A DNA stretch of 64,000 nucleotides from Eledone cirrhosa. Taxonomy: Eukaryota. Numbering within the stretch: position 1 is the stretch's first letter; each line of letters opens with the position of its first letter. Of this stretch, positions 52,325-64,000 are shown one piece after another. Under the pieces are notes generated by a model, which was not told the origin of the DNA, searched no databases, and saw only the letters and a program-made list of their open reading frames with translations. Both the position numbers and the translations under genes were made by a program. The DNA is taken from the NCBI GenBank assembly GCA_964016885.1, contig OZ024742.1, positions 228,346,001 to 228,410,000 of the forward strand, in the 5' to 3' direction.

Positions 52325-53125
52325 GTTGCAACAAAAGTTCTGTCTTGATAGGAAATTTTGAACAATAATTAATTAAGCCCAATATCTAATTCATATCTGC
52401 CGATGTCTAGATGAATAATTCATTTCATTTTATTTCAGATTCTGTGAAAATTGTTAGAAGAAAAACTTTCAAATCGACCCCATGTTTGCTCCAAATAAAG
52501 AACACATTCACCATGCATTACTGTATGGATTTCACAGAGGGAATAATACAAATGCAACAGTAAAATCTACCAAAAGTAGATATGGTAATGGTATACTGTG
52601 TGAGAGAACATGAGGGAGATGGGTTCTTACTTTAGAAAAGGGACTTCAGTATGAAAGAAGAGCGAAGAGGAAGTCACCCAAGAAGACTTGATCTGAGGCC
52701 CTGGCAGTAGCTATTGAAGCTATCCTTACCATTAGAGTGAGAAAACTGGCAGCAGTTGATAACCCTACCATTACAGTTAAGGAATTTAGCAGAAAGTGGC
52801 AGCAGTTGTTAAAGTTAATTCTACCTTTATAGACACGGAATACAGTAGGCACTTCAAAGTTAGCCATATGATTGTTCATCATGAAATGAAAAGCCTTAGA
52901 AAAGTGTCAAAGGTTCAAAAGTGAGTACCATATGACCTGTCAGCAGAAATTCTCAAACATGTCAACTAATGTGCATCACTGTATTTCCATTAGCTGCTAC
53001 TGCCTTCTTTGGACTGAGTCATTGTTGGAGATGAGAAGTGGATCCTTTACATGAATCTTCATTAGAGGTTTGAATAGCTTATTTGTGGTGAAAGCCTGCT
53101 CAGCAGCCAAATGTGGATCCAAACA
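52325..53125 (+). mobile_element. Decayed mariner (host of the nested minus-strand mariner)
   Basis: KEHIHHALLYGF and IVGDEKWILYMN remnants. Confidence 0.65.
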
Positions 53126-53130
53126 AAATA

Positions 53131-54027
53131 CAAGGTACTCTCAAGAGGTTTTTGAGACTTTTATCAGAGACATTTATTTAACTCAGATCAACACAAACTC
53201 TAATCTCCCTCAAAGTATGATCCTCTAACTTCAATGCACTTGTTGTAGGGCTCCAGCCACTTCTGTAATGCTCCCATGTAGTCCTACAAAGTGAAAGTGT
53301 CCAGTATTCATTTCCTCCACATCCTCAAAGCAGATACCCCTGAGCTTCTCCTTCAGCTTTGGGAATATCCAGAAATTGCATGGGGCTAAGTCTGGACTGA
53401 GGGAGGATGAAGGACAGTTTTGATCTCCATATCAGCCAGGCAGTTGGTCACCAGGATTGATTGTGGCAGGGAGCATTGTCCTGGTGCTGGTGTCACTGAC
53501 CAGATTTGAAGAGTTCTGGTCTCTTGCGACGAAATCTCTTTCTGAACTGCCTTAAAACCTTTACATAGTACGCTTTGTTGACTGTCTGTCTATGGAGATC
53601 ACAGGGGATGTAGATGATGCCCTTGCTGTCAAAGAATGGGATCATCAAGAGCTTTCCAGTAGACCTGTTTTGCCTGGCCTTCTGGGGTCTTGGGGACTCT
53701 GCCTCTTGGTCTCTGGATCATAACAGTAGATCCAGCTCTCTTGGATTCAAAGCAATCCACTTGACCATCTCCTTGCTGTTATCAACATGCCTCTGCCTTT
53801 GATCTTCATTGCGCACCCAGGGAACTAACTTTGCCCATGTTCAGATTGTTATGAATGACTGTGCAGTGTCCCCAGCCACTTCAAATTGTTTAGCAATCAT
53901 CAGAAGAGATGTACGACGGTCCTCATCCAGAAATTTGTGAATTTTGTCGACCAACTTAAGCATCCTGATGTCCCTCTCCCTGCCACACCTCTTGTCGTCC
54001 CTCACCTGCTCCCTGCCCTCTAGGAAT
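53131..54027 (-). mobile_element. Truncated duplicate of the 34763-36046 mariner
   Basis: Direct match, ending at the deletion junction. Confidence 0.9.
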
Positions 54028-55045
54028 TATGATATTGCATGGCAGTGAGATATACAAGTTTTGGAGAAAAGAGGAGGAAACATGTTTCATTGAATGTGGA
54101 ATGTTAGTCTGCATAAACAACAGGGTGTGGATGAACTGAGATAAAAGCTGGGTATAAGAGGAATCAGATGTAGTATGCCAGAGAGAAGATTGCACTAGTA
54201 TGGATGATGATTGTTGGCTGAAGAATTTCCCTTCCCTGTGGGAGGGAGCTGCAGTAGAGGAAGGTCAAGAAAGACATTGGTCAATGTGGAATTGTGAGTC
54301 TTAGTTCCCACTGTAGCAGAAGAGTGAATGATGATGATGATGGGTATTGGTTGTAGATAATTGCGATGGGTAACCAAGGTGTACATCTGTTGGAAAGCGA
54401 ATGTGTTTTATCCATGGGGAAAGTGATTTCACCGATCATATTACCAGGAGTATGGAAGAACAAAAACGCCCGTTACTTTTATATGAGATTTATTGTGAAG
54501 TATTTCGAGACAGAATCGCATGATTTAACATTTTGTTATCGTCAAAAGATATGAACAATAAACAAGGAAAAAATTTGTCTGAGGGCCACACATGACACCA
54601 AATATTTTTTTATTTTATATTAAGCTCACGCTGTAAAAACCTTTGTGCAGGCCGCAAGCGTGCTTGTAAAGGGCTGCATGTTTGACATGCCTGCTGTAAT
54701 GTGGTTGGTAATAGGAAGCGCATCCAGATATAGAAACTAAGCAAAAAACGTATGAGCAAGACATGATCACCTGACTTGTCTAGCGACAGATTGTGATAAC
54801 CAATCTAACAAATATAAGCATGGGAAATGGTGATGATGATATATGTATACATATATTATTTCTGTGAAACTCAAGAATAGCAACAGAGAGTAATCTCTTT
54901 CTCTCAAACACACATACTCTTACCATTCCCTTTCCACAAGGTGACCAAAGTTTTAATAAGTAAATGTCTTTTAGTTCTCTCTCTCAACACATACATGCTG
55001 ACCACTCCAATTCCATTGGGATAGAAAAATAGAAACTTGCAGCTG
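54028..55045. repeat. Near-identical duplicate of 43332-44371
   Basis: Direct match; the same spurious ORFs appear in both copies. Confidence 0.9.
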
Positions 55046-55136
55046 TTGGTGAAAATGACTTGTTTTTTATATTGATAACCATAACTATGAAAATATGTGA
55101 CGTCATTCTGACAGCTAATACCATGAACTGTATTTT

Positions 55137-56953
55137 TACAGTTCATGGTATTAGCTGTCAGAAGTGAAAGTAGAGGAAGGTTGAAGAATGACGTCACATA
55201 TTTTCATAGTTATGGTTATCAATATAAAAAACAAGTCATTTTCACCAACAGCGGAGTTAACTTAAATGAAAATATAGGTGGCCCTTAAAAGAGCCAAATT
55301 ATGGTTATCAAATTTTTTTCACCAACCCTATATATTTATGAAGAAATGTTTAGAAAACAAATTATTTTCACCAACCTTATTCAAAAGCATGGATACAGTG
55401 CCCATAGAGACAAGCGACAGTCCCCATGGAGACAATCCCCACCAATCAGCAACAATTATCACCAACATCACCAACACCACGTGTAAATAAATAAACTTTA
55501 ATCTTCACTTTGTGATAATACACGCATCTGCAAGTTGAAAAATGAGTTCTATAATATATCCAAGTGTTAAGGGAATTAACCATCGCTACCGCTACTATAG
55601 CAGATACCGTCAATTGGTTGAAAATTCAAGGACTTCTGAATACACAAAAGGTCTGCCCTTCATGTGGTCAACGTATGTTGGAAGTAGCGAAACAAAATGT
55701 GTCAGATGGGATTATCTGGTCATGTAAAAGACCATGTAGAAAACAGGTTTCTATTAGAAAAGGCACATTTTTAGAAAATAGCAATTTGAAGTGTGAACAA
55801 ATAGTTGATATATTATATTTTTGGGCAAAAGAAGATTTAGCCAAGAAGATTTCAGAGGAATGTCGTATCGCGAATGTGGCCGTAGCAGATTGGCGAAATT
55901 TTTGCCGTGATGTGTGCAGAGTACTATGTGGTACAAAACATTAAGCTTGGCGGGCCAAACCGAATTGTCGAGATTGATGAAAGCGCATTCGTGAGAAGGA
56001 AATACCATCGTGGCCATTCTGTGAAAACACAGTGGGTTTTTGGTGCTTTGGAAAGAAGTACCAGAAGATGTATTTTAGTAGCAGTAGAAGACAGGACAGC
56101 GGAGACACTTTTAACCATTATACAGGATCGTATATTGCCAGGGACAACCATAATATCTGATCTATGGCGTTCCTATAATACGATCGATCAGCTAGGCTAT
56201 CAACATTTGACGGTGAACCATTCGATCAATTTTGTTGATCCAGTAACATTTGCCACAACAAATCACATAGAATGCTTGTGGAAACACGTAAAAAATAGGA
56301 ATAAAAGGGAAAACGGGACAGCCAGAAATTTGCTTCAAACCCATCTCATTGAATTCATGTGGCGGTATGAATTTAAAGGAAAATTTTTCCAAAAGTTATT
56401 AGAACATATCCGTCATCTGATTCCATGCATTTGAATAAGATTGGTGAAAAAAATGATTCTAAACATGCTTTTGAATAAGGTTGGTGAATAATGAAAATAT
56501 AAATGAATAAATCAAATTTATTTGATAACCATGACTTGTTTTCTAATTAACTTAAATTTGTTTTCTAATTTGGCCCTTTTAAGGGCCACCTATATTTTCA
56601 TTTAAGTAACTCCACTTACATCGATATGCTTTATAACCATGACTTGTTTTCTAATTTGTCCCTTTTAAGTCTTCCCTCTCTCTCAAAAAAACGCGTGTAA
56701 ACTCCACTTACGGTGGTGGTTAAGGGCCACCTATATTTTCATTTAAGTAACTCCACTTACATCGATATGCTTTATAACCATGACTTGTTTTCTAATTTGG
56801 CCCTTTTAAGTCTTCCCCCTCTCTCCCCAAAACGCGTGAAAACTCCACTTACGCGTGGTAGTAATACGGAAATAAACGATGTTTGACGAGTGACGTCACC
56901 TTCGCCTGTTTCCATCGGCTGCTTGGACTGACAGCTAATAGCGTTGTAGTGCC
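55137..56953 (+). mobile_element. Merlin (IS1595/ISXO2-like) DNA transposon
   Basis: Transposase inside. Subterminal inverted repeats (about 55253-55300 vs 56570-56613). Right end ...gtagtgCC. About 141-bp tandem duplication at 56580-56860. Confidence 0.85.
55542..56434 (+). pseudogene. Merlin DDE transposase with two apparent frameshifts
   Basis: CPSC..WSC..C zinc ribbon, SIRKGTF, GG..VEIDES..RKYHRG, WVFG, SDLWRSY, HLTVNHS, TNHIECLW. Confidence 0.9.
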
Positions 56954-58002
56954 CAATTTTGTTATATATCCAGTTGGATATTGGCTAATAATTCATTCCA
57001 TAAGTTGATGTTCCAAACAAAATTTAAATAATTTTACAAAATTGACTTGTAATTTACCTGTAATTAGAACAGTTGTATAACAAATTTATTTAATTACCTT
57101 TTGTTAATTTAGACAAAACCTAAGGGGATTTCACTTACATACATTCCCACAATACAGTCTGTACATGGTGTATATTAGAAGGGAGGACTGGGAATGTGAT
57201 GTGAGGGACATTAGGCTTTTTTTTGCAGAATCTTAATTTTACATTTTAAAATATATAATTAAATTCTTCTGCTAATTAAACCCTTAAGGAACTAACAAGG
57301 GGCCCTCTACATGGTCTCCCAACATACTAGAAATACAGCCAAATCTCTCACACCACACTTCAGCTATTTCCCCAGTAAAAAGGGAGCTTCGACATACTAA
57401 AAATAGCAGCCAAATCTCCCTCACATCACACTACAGCCCTTCCCTTTGCTATTTCTCCACTAATTAACAAGTGAGCTTGTAATTCACTCGACATACAAGA
57501 AATAGTTGCTGCTTAATTTAAACGAGATTAAATTTTTCGAAAATTGTAAATCGTAACTAGTTCAAAACGGATAAGTTCTCCCAAAATAATGGTATTGTTT
57601 ACCCTTATACCCATCTCAAGTTGGAGCGAAAATGTATGTTTTTACTATGGCTGTTGATGTATTTTGAACGAATATGGGTTTCAAACTGGTCGGAAGTTAC
57701 TTTTTTATGGTTTGTTTTGTTTCAACTAATATTATGGTTATTTTCGTGGGATACTTATTGCAAAACTCTACCCTTTTTTTCTCTTTTATTCATTGCTTCA
57801 TCATCCAAACCCCATGCAAGCGTGGAAGATGGACGTTAAACGATGATGATGATTTAACGTGCTCTTACATTGTTAGCAAGTGTTGGACGGGTAATTAGAA
57901 TAATTTATTCAAAAATATCCGGTACATCGGATCGATTGATTTTACTTTCACTTTAATGCAGTGATGGTTTATAGGGAATTTACCGTCAATGATACACCCA
58001 AG

Positions 58003-58282
58003 AAAAGACGATTGAATAAAGAAAGCAACTAAGATGAATAAATACCTCGTATATATTAGAGCTATTGTTGGGAAATCAGAACTGGGGGTTAGACGTGTTG
58101 TATTCTCTTTTCTCTTCTACACACTTTCATTCTTCGCATGTGTGTGTGTGTATATATATATAGTAGATGAATATGACTTCGTTATGCTTAATAGGTAATT
58201 TGACAGATCGATGAGATTTGTTGGAAAATAACACTGAACAACAAACGCAGAATACAGTCAATATCCGGTTGATCATGCGCAT
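58003..58282 (-). promoter_or_regulatory. Conserved module 3: putative promoter/first exon of ZNF-C
   Basis: Donor GAG|GTATTT at 58046/58045. 26-mer at 58257-58282. CpG-rich upstream flank. Confidence 0.55.
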
Positions 58283-58544
58283 CACTAAAATACCAGAAGA
58301 CTAGGTCGCAGACACGCTGTTCCAGCAGTGCTTCTACGTGGAGCCATAAAAAAGTTTCAAGCACCGGCATCACTTGATATGCGACATTTTTTGCGATGCA
58401 TAGTATTGCTGGCCATAGGCAAGTCCCGAACAGGACTAAAAAGCCACCTCCGTGATGCTCACGCATAAGTATCAAGCGATGACATTACTCGAAATCGAGT
58501 TACACCTATCATGTGGCGACATTCGGTATACCTATCTATCAATA

Positions 58545-58960
58545 TATACAATCCCAGACCCTAAAAATGAGCTTGTGTAATATTTATAGTTTTGTTAAAT
58601 TTTCTTGAATAAAACTATATATATAAGAAACATAGAAAGATCAAAATGTTTTATATGAAAATGAATCTGTAAAACTTTATTTCATATTAATATTGGATAG
58701 CTTCACCAAGAGACTTTTTCAATATAGAAATTCTTTTGGGCACGGTATCTGTTAGCTTCTTACACCGCTCAGTTGAAATATTTTGCCACTCATTTTTAAC
58801 TGCTTCCCAAAGTTTATCTACGCGAGAAAATTTTTTGCCGGATAACCATTTTGAAATAATATTCCTTATATTTTCAATTGGATTTGCATCTGGATTCTGT
58901 CCAGGCCATAACATTAATTTTAAAGAGTTGTAATTCAACAATTTCTTCGTCGATTTAGCG
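58545..58960 (-). mobile_element. Tc1-family transposase 3' fragment
   Basis: WPGQNPDANPIENI..EWQNI..VPKRI..GEAIQY*. Confidence 0.85.
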
Positions 58961-59424
58961 ATGGTAGCGGGACCCGTGGAAATTCTACGGATGAAAAAAT
59001 TAAGAGGAGCTATTTAAGAGACGTTCGTCTAGTTGTATATTATCTCTTCTCTTCTGTTCTGTTGTCTTAGTCTAGCCCTGTTCTCCGTTCATTTCCTCGC
59101 GTCTCTGTACACATACACAATTCATTGCAATTGTGTGTGTGTATATATGTATACATTTATATGGGTGAGTATAACGCACATACACAAGTGTAGCTAATCT
59201 TGGAACGCTCATCGCTATAGCGTTTCATCAGCCCCTTCCGTCCTCAATCATTACCTAGATGTGTATGTAAAAATTATATTGTATAATGTATCTATTTACG
59301 AATATGTATGAGTAGATTAGTATGTGTGTCTGTTTATACTTTTGTTGTCTGTCTATCTGTTTATGTGTAGATGTTTATATATAACTAAGGCGTAACGTAT
59401 GGACGAAAACAAAGAATTATAAGA

Positions 59425-60049
59425 CTAGCTGACGTACTAAGCTTCGCCCGAGTAAACATGATAAGGTAAGACAGGTAGAAGAGAAAACGACTGTATTGGA
59501 TGTTATCTGGTTTATAGTATGAGGCGAGACCGGAATGTGTAAAAAAAAAAAAAAGTCACAAATCTTCCAGATACACCAGATTCTTCGTTTTACCATTCGT
59601 GCATAGTATATGAAGATTTCTTGGTGTTCCCACTCGTGAATAGCCTACATAACTGTCCATGTGTAGAAATCCATTACTTTGTATTCAATTCTACAACTTT
59701 GAAACTGAGCCTCAGCTTTCTTTATGGTCATAACATGTGTGCGTTCGCGCGCGTGTGTAAACTCGCGTTCGATTCGAGACGCTGGTCGCAAAAAAGGTTC
59801 TTTACTAACAACGAACGCGCAGAGAGAATCCCTTATGGTTGATTCTCAACCTATTAGAAACAGCAGTCAGCTTGGTTAGCATACGTAGGATGTTTTTCTT
59901 CTTTGATGTTATAAAATTAGTATTAATAAACCTTCCTGGGTATACCCTTATTCCATTGCTGTACTTATCTTTCGATTGTCAATTTTTGTTTTTGGGTAAT
60001 GCGCGAAGGAACCAACCAACAAACATCTCACTTTTATATTATGTATAGA
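59425..60049 (-). mobile_element. Non-autonomous Helitron, complete ends
   Basis: A|TCTATACAT...hairpin..CTAG|T on minus. Carries a helicase C-terminal remnant. Confidence 0.85.
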
Positions 60050-60055
60050 TATAGA

Positions 60056-61180
60056 TCTATATATATATAAAACTGAGGTTGTCTGTCTGTCTACTAAAAC
60101 CTTCGGCACACATCTCCTAAACCGTACGTTCAAATTTCGGTGAAATTGCTACATTCATAGATGAAGATCTGGCGGAGACATTGGTCAAAAAAAATTTTCA
60201 AATCGACCCACGCCAAGTGCAAAAATCGAATTTGTAATGTATTAATTTTTTCAGTTCAAATGTATAAAGAGATGAGAGACGAGTTATTTCCCTTTTATAG
60301 CGTCATTTGCTTATCTATTTACGTTACGTATAAACGGCGCGGTGGACCGAGAAAAACAATTTCATGCAAAGACAACACCAAGTTTATGGTGTAAATGGAG
60401 TCGTTAGACTAATATTCTATTTAAAATAACCGAATGATTTCCAGCCTCGGAGTTTAAGAATGATGTAAATAAAATTGTAAACGAAAATGACAGGTTATTA
60501 AAATAGTTGTTTCTACTTTTAGCACAAGGCCAGTAAATACTCAGTACATTACTGGTACTTTATTTTATCGACCCCGTAAGGATGAAAGGCAAAGTTAACC
60601 TCGACGGGATTTTAACTTTGCCTTAACATAGTAAAAGTAAATAGTGAAGATTTAGGCCAGTACATACGTATGCGCCGACGAACATACACATATATACATA
60701 CGCACACACAAATACACACACACAAATACGCGCGCGCGCACGTGTCTGTAAACCTTATGCATTTCTACAGTGTTTTCACCAAACTTAAGACATATGTTAC
60801 TTATGTACTCCGGAGGGTCATGGGCACTTTCATTTTTCCAGATATTGATTATAGGGTCTCCCGGCAGATAACCCCCCTTATTCACTTCCTCAGAGTCAAC
60901 TGAAGCACTGCAGTGCAATGCAACAGAATGTCATATCTTCTGGAGTTCGCAACCGATTTTCACAAAACTTGACACATGGGCTACGTTTGTTCTACAGATG
61001 AATGTGACCTCTCAGAATTGGCACATATTGGGTAGGGGACCCCTGGGGGCAGGAACCCCCTTTTGGAAAAAGCCGATGATTTTGTAAAAGTATAGTTTTC
61101 GAAGCAGCACTGAAGTATTGACATAAATGGTATACATAACTGCTATTTAATACCCGAGCAACGCCGGGTACCTCTGCTAA
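60056..61180 (+). mobile_element. Non-autonomous Helitron (possibly composite) with an internal antisense Meta-SINE piece (about 60505-60615)
   Basis: A|TCTATATA start; acccgagcaacgccgggt hairpin then CTAA|T. Confidence 0.75.
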
Positions 61181-61183
61181 TAA

Positions 61184-61958
61184 TCTATATATATAAAACT
61201 GAGGTTATCTGACTGTCTGTCTACTAAAACGGTCGGCACACATTTAAACCGTACGTTCAAATTTCGGTGAAATTGCTACACTTATAGATGAAGGTCCGGC
61301 GGAGACATCGGTCAAAAAGATTTTCAAATCGACCCACCCCAAGTGCAAAAATCGAATTTGTAATGTATTGATTTAATGTATAAATAGAGATGAGAGACGA
61401 GTTATTTCCCTTTTATGGCGTCATTTGCTTATCTATTTATGTTATGTGGATTGGCAATATCGGTAGAGAGTCGGACGCCATGCTTTCCAGCATAGTTACG
61501 TCCCTTTACGATCTGAGTTCAAATCCCGCCGAGGTTGACTTTGCCTTTCATCCTTACAGGGTCGATAAAATAAAGTACCAGTAATGCACTGGTTAATTGC
61601 TGGCCTTGTGCCTAAAGTAGAAACAGTTATGTATAAACGACGCGTGCAAAAGTACAAAAATATACAAACAACTTTCGGGCCAGCTAAATTTTAACCTACA
61701 AAATTCGTGAGTTCAAAATTTTAATAGATTACCAGTGCAGTTTTTATCCCCAGCATCGTCTTTCATTTTAACATTCGGGTTATGGTTATGTTTTCTTAAC
61801 TTCATAAGGCATACTGTTGGTTGAGGTAATATTAATCAAAAGTACCACATGAAAGTCTACACTGTAGACTCTAGTTTTTAAGCCAAGAAAGGAACTTAAT
61901 ATTGTAACTTTAACACAGCTACTGAGCAGCCCCGAGCAGCGCCGGGCTTAACTACTAG
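61184..61958 (+). mobile_element. Non-autonomous Helitron with an internal Meta-SINE (about 61447-61630)
   Basis: 5' about 260 bp shared with the 60056 copy; cccgagcagcgccggg hairpin then CTAG|T. Confidence 0.8.
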
Positions 61959-61969
61959 TTATATATAAA

Positions 61970-62246
61970 TGCGTGTGTGTGTAAACCAGCGTTCGAATCG
62001 GAGATGCTGGCCGCGAACAAACAGAGAATCCCTTATGGTTGGTTCCCAACGGGCTAGAAATAGAAGTCAGCTTGGTTAGCATATCCGGGATGTTGTTCTT
62101 TGATTATATAAAATTAGTATCAATAAACCTTCCTGGGCATACCCTTATTCCATTGCTGTACTTACATTTCAATTGTCAGTTTTTGTTTTTGTGTGACACG
62201 CGAAGGAACCAACCAACAAACATCTCTCTTTTATATTATGTATAGA
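61970..62246 (-). mobile_element. Helitron 5' fragment (family of 59425-60049)
   Basis: Matches about 59750-60049. Confidence 0.75.
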
Positions 62247-62367
62247 TGATAGGCAGGTGCGTTATCTTGCTCAAAGATGAGATTCACTCAAGTGAACTGA
62301 TTATCGCTTAGCAACAACCCTAGAATGTTGATGTATTCCTTAGCATTGACAGCCTTCTTGCATTGAA

Positions 62368-62632
62368 TCATCATCATCATCATCGTTTATCATCCATCTT
62401 CGGCGCTAGCATGGGTTGGACGGTTTTGTCCCACTTGAGGCAAGATAGGCCGGGAGACCGTGTCTTGCTCGTACAGAACTGTTTCTGGCGGGTTTTCTAA
62501 GGCTGGATTATCTTCCTAACACCAACCATATTTACAGTGTGGACTGGGAGCCTTTCTACTATGTCGTCTACACAACCACTTTACAGTGTGGACTGGGTGC
62601 TTTTTGTTGTCACCTACGCGACCACTTTACAG
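62368..62632 (-). mobile_element. RTE 3'UTR/tail-only fragment
   Basis: (CAT)n, gctagcatggg hairpin, ttcctaacaccaacc module. Confidence 0.7.
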
Positions 62633-63322
62633 TGAATACATTTGCCAATACCTGCAGATGAGAATGTTCCCCACATCATGATTCCATCACTTCCGTGCTT
62701 AACAGTTGTTTGTAGACAATCTGGCCTGAATCTTTCACCTGATCTTTGAAAACGTTCAGGTGAATCACTACAGAGAGAAACTTTGACTCATCACACCATA
62801 CAACTTGTTCAAACTATTCTGAATCAATGGTTCCATATTCAGCTGTAAAGTGCAATCTATCTTTTGAAGATATCCCAGATTTCTTCAACATTCTGGTGAC
62901 AGTCCTTCATAGGGTCTTTCCATCACTAGTTTTGAACTCTTTGTTCATATTTGTGAAGGTTACCTTCCTGTCTTGCAACAAATTTCAGTCTGCAGTCGTC
63001 TCTTTTTGTTGAACCATTTGGATGACTAGAATCCGATATTCTTGCAACAGATTCTATCTGTTCCTAGTGCAGGCCAATCTGTTTGACAGTCGACAAGGAT
63101 GTTTACACATCTTTCATTTTCCAGATGGTTAAAATTTGTTTATAATCCATTCCAGCAATTTGGTTTTTTACCTTTTCATCAAGTTAATAGCTTAATTTCT
63201 TTGGTGACATAAGACAATTATAATTAAGATTTAGTTTACATTCACTCAAAGTTGAAAATAAAGAAAAGTCCATCTGAAATGTTACAATTTAGGAAAAACA
63301 ATCTTTTTTTTGCCTGGGCGTG
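62633..63322 (-). mobile_element. Decayed Tc1-family transposon, 5' half
   Basis: Minus strand reads WCDESKF..PDCLQTTVKHGSDGIMMWG..AGIG. Ends next to TA. Confidence 0.75.
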
Positions 63323-63496
63323 TATGTGTATGTGAAAAAGGCCTTTGACATACTTCTGTATGCTGACGATTTTGCTCTAACAGCTGAGTCTGTGGAAGAG
63401 CTTCAGAAGAAATTCTAGTTGTGGAAATAGAACTTAGCATCAAAGGTACAGAGTAAACCTTGTAGAGACCAAAGCGTTAGTAAGTAGGAAAGAGGT

Positions 63497-63903
63497 TATA
63501 ACAGCGACACTGGGTTGTATGTACAATGTTTATTTAACAAGGTTGAGCTATGTAGAGCAGAATAGTTGACATGCCAAGAGAGATGAAAGAATGAATTAAG
63601 GAATTCAGGATGCACTGTCCACTGGCTGAAGTGTTGCCAGGCCGTGGTTATTGTTGTATTACATGTTGGCTAGTGATTTCACGTCGAAAGAAAGTTAGTT
63701 GTTTACCTTTTCACTGGTCAGGAAGCGAGAGAGTATACCTTCGGCATAACGCGCCTGGCCGAAGGCCGAAAGGTGGAATGAGAGGAAGTTAGCTTGCTAA
63801 GAAGGTTCTGCAACCTCAACGGGAAGTAACTCCAGCTACTTCCTGTCTAGAGAGCGCTACTGGTGATGTGATCGTCATAACAAGGGAGGCAACTCTTGCT
63901 ACA
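63497..63903 (-). mobile_element. Solo LTR inserted in an old RTE remnant
   Basis: 4-bp TSD aggt (63493-63496 and 63904-63907). One end is the canonical ..gctaCA, the other is mutated. The host rejoins as in 42921-42960. AATAAA on minus near 63530. Confidence 0.6.
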
Positions 63904-64000
63904 AGGTGAAGACTGATTCCATCAAGGAAGTGAATGACTGTGCACAATATATAAAAAAAGGAATAGGTAGAAACTATACGATGTACTCAATGTAAGGTAT

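Larger units (their letters stand above)
48312..54027. repeat. Segmental duplication, copy 2 (pairs with 29656-35688)
   Basis: Direct sequence match. Confidence 0.9.

Overview
AT-rich eukaryotic DNA, most consistent with an octopus/coleoid cephalopod genome. This is inferred from the long, KRAB-less C2H2 zinc-finger tandem genes, RTE LINEs with (GAT)n tails and CORE/Meta-type SINEs; no search was run. The window holds three minus-strand poly-C2H2 genes (about 36, 22 and 39 finger units). Each unit appears to have a conserved distal promoter/non-coding first exon, a long transposon-filled intron, one coding exon and a 3'UTR built from decayed fingers. The second and third genes share a recent duplication, and the third looks chimeric. 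The rest is dense transposon material: several RTE subfamilies with a PHD finger embedded inside the RT domain, SINEs, mariner/Tc1, Merlin, hAT, Helitrons, a Penelope fragment, a solo LTR and unclassified fold-backs. Several junctions keep fold-back (snap-back) repair scars. Repeat boundaries were read by eye and are approximate.
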